From NCBI GenBank assembly GCA_902476765.1, contig CABSEJ010000003.1, positions 1,838 to 65,837 on the forward strand: DNA of 64,000 nucleotides, written 5' to 3'. The stretch comes from an uncultured Blautia sp. GTDB lineage: Bacteria; Bacillota; Clostridia; Lachnospirales; Lachnospiraceae. This document shows, piece by piece, positions 59,766-64,000 of this stretch (its first letter is position 1; each line of letters opens with the position of its first letter). The translations under genes and the position numbers were made by a program. The notes beneath the pieces are model-generated. The model did no database searches. It was given only the letters and a program-made list of their open reading frames with translations, and was not told the DNA's origin.

Positions 59766-60392
59766 ATGGCAGATAAAATTATTGAAAACAATCAGGTGTC
59801 CATTATGGGAAAAATCGCATCCGGCTTTACATTCAGCCACCAGGTCTTTGGAGAGGGCTTTTATTTGGTGGATATTTTGGTGAAGCGTTTAAGCGATTCC
59901 GAAGACAGGATACCGCTGATGGTGTCTGAACGTCTGGTGGACGTGACACAGGATTATGAAGGCGAGTATATTATGGTGCAGGGACAGTTCCGCTCTTATA
60001 ACCGCCACGAGGAAAAGAAGAACAGGCTGGTGCTGTCTGTATTCGTAAGGGAGCTAACCTTTGTGGAGGAGGCTGACGACTCCATTAAGACCAATCAGAT
60101 ATTTCTGGACGGCTATATCTGCAAGCCGCCGGTCTACCGGAAAACGCCTTTAGGAAGGGAGATTGCGGACCTTTTGCTGGCCGTAAACCGACCCTATGGA
60201 AAATCAGATTACATACCGTGTATCTGCTGGGGAAGAAATGCCAGATACGCCTCTGCCTTTGAGGTGGGAGGACATGTGCTTCTATGGGGAAGAATTCAGA
60301 GCAGAGAATATATTAAGAAACTGGGGGAAAACGAAACAGAGAAAAGGACAGCCTACGAGGTGTCAGTAAGCAAGCTGGAGTATGCGGACTGA
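59766..60392 (+). CDS. ssb: Single-stranded DNA-binding protein (tandem OB-fold type)
   Basis: Two OB halves (GQFRSYN; RKTPLGREIAD...SDYIPCICWGRNA...GRIQSREY). Confidence 0.85.
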   Translation: MADKIIENNQVSIMGKIASGFTFSHQVFGEGFYLVDILVKRLSDSEDRIPLMVSERLVDVTQDYEGEYIMVQGQFRSYNRHEEKKNRLVLSVFVRELTFVEEADDSIKTNQIFLDGYICKPPVYRKTPLGREIADLLLAVNRPYGKSDYIPCICWGRNARYASAFEVGGHVLLWGRIQSREYIKKLGENETEKRTAYEVSVSKLEYAD

Positions 60393-60464
60393 CCCATCTG
60401 GGAGATTGCTGCTTTATTTCTGCGAGCACCGACCGAAGTGGAACGTAGACCTGCCGCAAGGGTT

Positions 60465-60529
60465 TAATACCCCGATGCTTGCATCGCCGCTGGATTGATG
60501 CTCCGGATACTTACATAGGGGTATTTGAC
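60465..60529. repeat. REP-like palindrome, related to 51747-51769
   Basis: taataccccgatgcttgcatcg...ggggtatttgac; an inverted related half gtcaaatactccgatgcaagcat lies at 51747. Confidence 0.6.
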
Positions 60530-60746
60530 TCCGGTTTTTACCTGACAGAAAGCCCTACAGGCAGGAAAAAGGCTGCAGGAAAAGCCGGATTATGCGGAAG
60601 AAACTGTATGAAACCGGAAGTGTTTTATTGCAATATTTTTACATGTGTAGTAATATATACACAACTCTTAATGAATCAAAACCGAAACCAGTGTACTGAC
60701 ATCAGGTTTGTCATTACATCAGGCAGTCTGTAAGAGGTGTATTATT

Positions 60747-61235
60747 ATGGAAGAAAGAGGATTGACACAAATATACTGCGGCCCCGGAAAAGGGAAGACC
60801 AGCGTTGCTATAGGACAGGCGGTGCGGGCCGTGGGACATGGAAGGAGAGTAATTGTAATCCAGTTTTTAAAGGGGAAGGCCACTTCCCAGGTGGATTATC
60901 TCTCTGTGATGGAACCGGATATACGTTTATTCAGATTTGAAAAGAAGGATAAATATTATGAGGATTTGTCCGATGAAGAGAAGCAGGAAGAAAATCTGAA
61001 TATTCGTAACGGACTGAATTTTGCCAGGAAGGTACTGCTTACAGAAGAATGTGAGATGCTGATTCTGGATGAGATTTTAGGAGCAATGGAATATGGCATT
61101 GTTTCCGAAGAAGAGGTGATGGCTCTCATTGAAGTAAAAGATGATGAGACAGAATTGATTATGACCGGCAATGTGGTGACACAGGCACTGAAAGATGCGG
61201 CAGACAGGGTAGTTTCCCTGGAAGTGGTGAAGTGA
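60747..61235 (+). CDS. cobO: Cob(I)alamin adenosyltransferase, CobO/BtuR family
   Basis: YCGPGKGKT, IQFLKG, LILDE and ELIMTG. Confidence 0.85.
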   Translation: MEERGLTQIYCGPGKGKTSVAIGQAVRAVGHGRRVIVIQFLKGKATSQVDYLSVMEPDIRLFRFEKKDKYYEDLSDEEKQEENLNIRNGLNFARKVLLTEECEMLILDEILGAMEYGIVSEEEVMALIEVKDDETELIMTGNVVTQALKDAADRVVSLEVVK

Positions 61236-61293
61236 GCCCTCGCCCGGAAGCAGGAGAATTTTATCAGGAAACACAGCATAAGGAGGAAAAGAT

Positions 61294-62184
61294 ATGGCTA
61301 TTTTTACAGGTGCAGGCGTAGCTATTGTAACGCCTATGAAACCAAACGGAGAAGTGAATTTTGAGAAGCTTGGAGAAATCATAGAGGAGCAGATTGCCAA
61401 TGAGACAGATGCTATTGTTATCTGCGGAACCACAGGCGAATCGTCCACCCTTACTCATGAGGAACATTTGGAGGCCATAAGATATACTATTGATAAAGTA
61501 AATAAAAGAATTCCTGTAATTGCAGGAACCGGATCCAATTGTACAGAGACGGCTGTCTGGATGTCCCAGGAGGCAGAGAAAATGGGAGCAGATGCCCTTT
61601 TACTGGTAAGCCCCTATTATAATAAGGCTACCCAAAACGGCCTTATTGCCCACTACACAGCTATTGCAAACGCAGTAAAGCTGCCTATTATTTTATATAA
61701 TATTGCCGGCAGAACGGGAATCAACATTGAGCCTAAGACACTTTTATATCTGGCAGAGAATGTGGAGAATATCGTAGCTGTAAAGGAAGCGTCAGGAAAC
61801 ATTTCCCAGATAGCGGATATTGCCGCTATGACAAGGGGGAAAATGGATATTTATTCCGGTAATGACGACCAGATTGTGCCGATTCTTTCTCTGGGAGGAA
61901 AAGGAGTTATTTCTGTGCTGTCTAACATTGCACCAAAATATACCCATGATATTGTGGCTAATTATATGGCTGGAAATGTGGAAGAAAGCTGCAAAATGCA
62001 GTTAGATGTTCTCCCGCTGGTGAGAGCTTTGTTCTGTGAGGTAAATCCAATTCCTGTGAAAGCGGCTATGAATCTCATGGGCAAGGATGTCGGACCTCTG
62101 CGCATGCCTCTTACGGAAATGGAGGAAGCTCACAAGGAAGTGCTGAAAAAAGCTATGACAGATTTCGGACTGGAACTGGCATAG
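61294..62184 (+). CDS. dapA: 4-hydroxy-tetrahydrodipicolinate synthase
   Basis: GTTGES, PYYNK, YNI.GRTG, KEASG and NPIPVK. Confidence 0.97.
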   Translation: MAIFTGAGVAIVTPMKPNGEVNFEKLGEIIEEQIANETDAIVICGTTGESSTLTHEEHLEAIRYTIDKVNKRIPVIAGTGSNCTETAVWMSQEAEKMGADALLLVSPYYNKATQNGLIAHYTAIANAVKLPIILYNIAGRTGINIEPKTLLYLAENVENIVAVKEASGNISQIADIAAMTRGKMDIYSGNDDQIVPILSLGGKGVISVLSNIAPKYTHDIVANYMAGNVEESCKMQLDVLPLVRALFCEVNPIPVKAAMNLMGKDVGPLRMPLTEMEEAHKEVLKKAMTDFGLELA

Positions 62185-62299
62185 GATACAGGTTTCTGTG
62201 GAAGCCTATAGAAAAAAGGACGGTACCCGGCACCGACAGGCAGTCAATACTCCGGCTAAGGGTCAGCGTCCGTGAGAAACAGAAGAAAAGAGGAAGAAA

Positions 62300-63064
62300 A
62301 TGGTCAGAATAATTATGAATGGCTGTAACGGCCACATGGGACAGGTGATTTCAAATCTGGTAGCCCAGGATTCTCAGGCCCAGATTACAGCCGGTGTTGA
62401 TATTGCAGATAATGGAAAAAATGAGTATCCGGTGTTCACGGAGCTTGAAAAATGCCAGGTGGAGGCGGATGTTATGATTGATTTCTCCTCCGCTAAGGCT
62501 ACGGATCAGGTGCTGGCTTACTGCAGAGAGAAAAAGCTGCCTCTGGTGCTTTGCACTACAGGACTGTCAGAGGAGCAGCTGGCGAAGGTAGAAGAAACCG
62601 CAAAGGAGACAGCGGTGCTTCGTTCAGCCAATATGTCTCTGGGCATCAATATGCTGTTAAAGCTTTTGCAGGATGCCGCTAAGATTCTGGCCACAGCGGG
62701 ATATGATATGGAAATCGTAGAGCGCCATCATAATCTGAAAGTGGATGCACCCAGCGGTACGGCTCTGGCCTTGGCAGACAGCTTAAATGAGGCAATGGAC
62801 GGACAGTATCATTATGTATTTGACAGAAGCCAGAAGAGGGAAAAGAGAGAATCCAAGGAAATTGGAATTTCTGCTGTCCGGGGCGGCACCATTGTAGGTG
62901 ACCATGAAGTGATTTTTGCAGGTCCTGATGAGGTTATTGAGTTCAAGCATACCGCTTATTCTAAAGCCGTATTCGGCAAGGGAGCAGTGGAGGCGGCTAA
63001 GTTCCTGAAAGGACAGCCTGCGGGACTTTATAACATGAGCGATGTTATCAATTTTGGAAAATAA
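62300..63064 (+). CDS. dapB: 4-hydroxy-tetrahydrodipicolinate reductase
   Basis: GCNGHMG, IDFS, ERHHNLKVDAPSGTA and RGGTIVG.H. Confidence 0.97.
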   Translation: MVRIIMNGCNGHMGQVISNLVAQDSQAQITAGVDIADNGKNEYPVFTELEKCQVEADVMIDFSSAKATDQVLAYCREKKLPLVLCTTGLSEEQLAKVEETAKETAVLRSANMSLGINMLLKLLQDAAKILATAGYDMEIVERHHNLKVDAPSGTALALADSLNEAMDGQYHYVFDRSQKREKRESKEIGISAVRGGTIVGDHEVIFAGPDEVIEFKHTAYSKAVFGKGAVEAAKFLKGQPAGLYNMSDVINFGK

Positions 63065-63166
63065 TGGATATCTTAAAAATCCCAGTCAGACAAAAGCTGC
63101 CTGATGTATAAAAAACAGACTGCCGGCACATATTAAAAGCAGACTAAAAGAAAAGGAGAAAATCAT

Positions 63167-63475
63167 ATGAAGAAAATCATGTTTTGCCTGCTTTTATCTG
63201 CTTTCCTGTGCACGGCCACAGCCTGCGGGGATAATAACACAACAAACCAGGACAACCAGGGAACCACAACGGAGAACAACAATAACGGAACCAATGGGAA
63301 CAATGAAGACAGAAACGGGACCATGGCGGACGACGGGATTGTGGGAGGGACCGGAGAAGCTTTAAAAGACGGAGCTGAGGATATTGGGAACGACGTGGAA
63401 AGAGGCCTGGATAACGTTGAGGATTCCATGGAAAACAATGGAAACAATGCCAGGGAAGACGGAAATACCCGGTAG
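63167..63475 (+). CDS. Small Asn/Asp/Gly-rich lipoprotein
   Basis: AAGGAG RBS; lipobox ATAC; low-complexity body. Confidence 0.75.
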   Translation: MKKIMFCLLLSAFLCTATACGDNNTTNQDNQGTTTENNNNGTNGNNEDRNGTMADDGIVGGTGEALKDGAEDIGNDVERGLDNVEDSMENNGNNAREDGNTR

Positions 63476-63662
63476 TACAGAGATCATAGCAGAGGACGTG
63501 TACAGAGAAAATTCTGTGACGCCCTCTGTTTCTATATTATATACAAAATATACAAAGCCTTAAAATTTTCTAAAAACTATTGAACTAAAATCTTAATATT
63601 GATATAATAGACATACATTACAAGAAAACTCTTGTAAAATACACGTAAAGGGGTTGGACATA

Positions 63663-64000
63663 ATGAAGTTTGTTATTAGCGGAAAAAATATTGATGTTAC
63701 CGAGGGTCTCAGAAAAGCAGTAGAGGATAAACTGGGAAAGCTGGAAAGATACTTCACGTCTGACACAGAGATTATCGTAACTCTGAGTGTGGAAAAAGAG
63801 AGACAAAAAATTGAAGTTACCATACCTGTGAAAGGAAATATCATCCGTTCCGAGCAGGTGAGCAGCGACATGTATGTTTCCATTGATTTGGTGGAAGAGA
63901 TTATTGAGAGACAGCTTAGAAAGTACAAGAACAAGATTATTGATAAAAAACAGAGCGGTGTAGGCTTTCAGCCTGAATTTGTGGACAAGGATTACGAAGA
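63663..64000 (+). CDS. hpf: Ribosome hibernation promoting factor (long HPF), partial
   Basis: MKFVISGKNIDVTEGLRKAVEDKLGKLERYF...DMYVSIDLVEEIIERQLRKYK; runs off the window end. Confidence 0.92.
   Translation, partial: MKFVISGKNIDVTEGLRKAVEDKLGKLERYFTSDTEIIVTLSVEKERQKIEVTIPVKGNIIRSEQVSSDMYVSIDLVEEIIERQLRKYKNKIIDKKQSGVGFQPEFVDKDYE

Noticed and set aside
59766..60392. Tandem-OB SSB lacking the acidic C-terminal tail as a novelty
   Set aside because: This form is common in Clostridia.
13095..60746. Extended N-termini in the ORF track (SDR, RelP/Q-like, murA, metK, permease, kinase, GH3, cobO)
   Set aside because: Downstream starts have proper RBSs and match family N-termini; some extensions run through repeats or promoters.
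60640..61293. Lysine or cobalamin riboswitch ahead of cobO-dapA-dapB
   Set aside because: The leaders are too short and lack the conserved motifs.
1..64000. CRISPR array, tRNA or rRNA genes
   Set aside because: No regularly spaced repeat-spacer series, cloverleaf or rRNA signature was recognised by eye.

Overview
This window looks like a Lachnospiraceae (Blautia-like, inferred from gene content and order) chromosome segment with three zones. (1) 1-12.1 kb is an AT-rich accessory/defence island. It holds the end of an ECF sigma/anti-sigma pair, an att-like junction and an N-terminally truncated tyrosine integrase. Next come a pentapeptide-repeat gene whose last codons contain a promoter for a structured RNA and a 40-aa hydrophobic ORF, an IS200 remnant, and an orphan PD-(D/E)XK nuclease with a broken HTH regulator. 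It ends with a DpnII-type (GATC) restriction-modification trio running into two hypothetical genes and an AEP primase-SF2 helicase-PLD fusion. (2) There are two carbohydrate-utilisation loci: 12.3-22.7 kb (ketose 3-epimerase family, SDR, ABC transporter, beta-propeller hydrolase, YesM/YesN-type two-component system, GH127) and 35.8-48.1 kb (ABC transporter, two-component system, GH3, GH43). (3) Housekeeping genes fill the rest: small alarmone synthetase, CBS-PPase, aroK, murA, SAM riboswitch-metK, mntP, Rex-controlled adhE, GH31, typA, ssb, cobO, dapA, dapB and partial hpf. Several families of small palindromic repeats or MITEs sit in the intergenic spaces. No rRNA, tRNA or CRISPR array was recognised. 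The best candidates for an undescribed system are the pentapeptide-RNA-peptide module at 2.1-3.0 kb and the R-M-linked primase-helicase-PLD gene run at 4.3-12.0 kb. All calls come from reading motifs by eye; no database searches were run.
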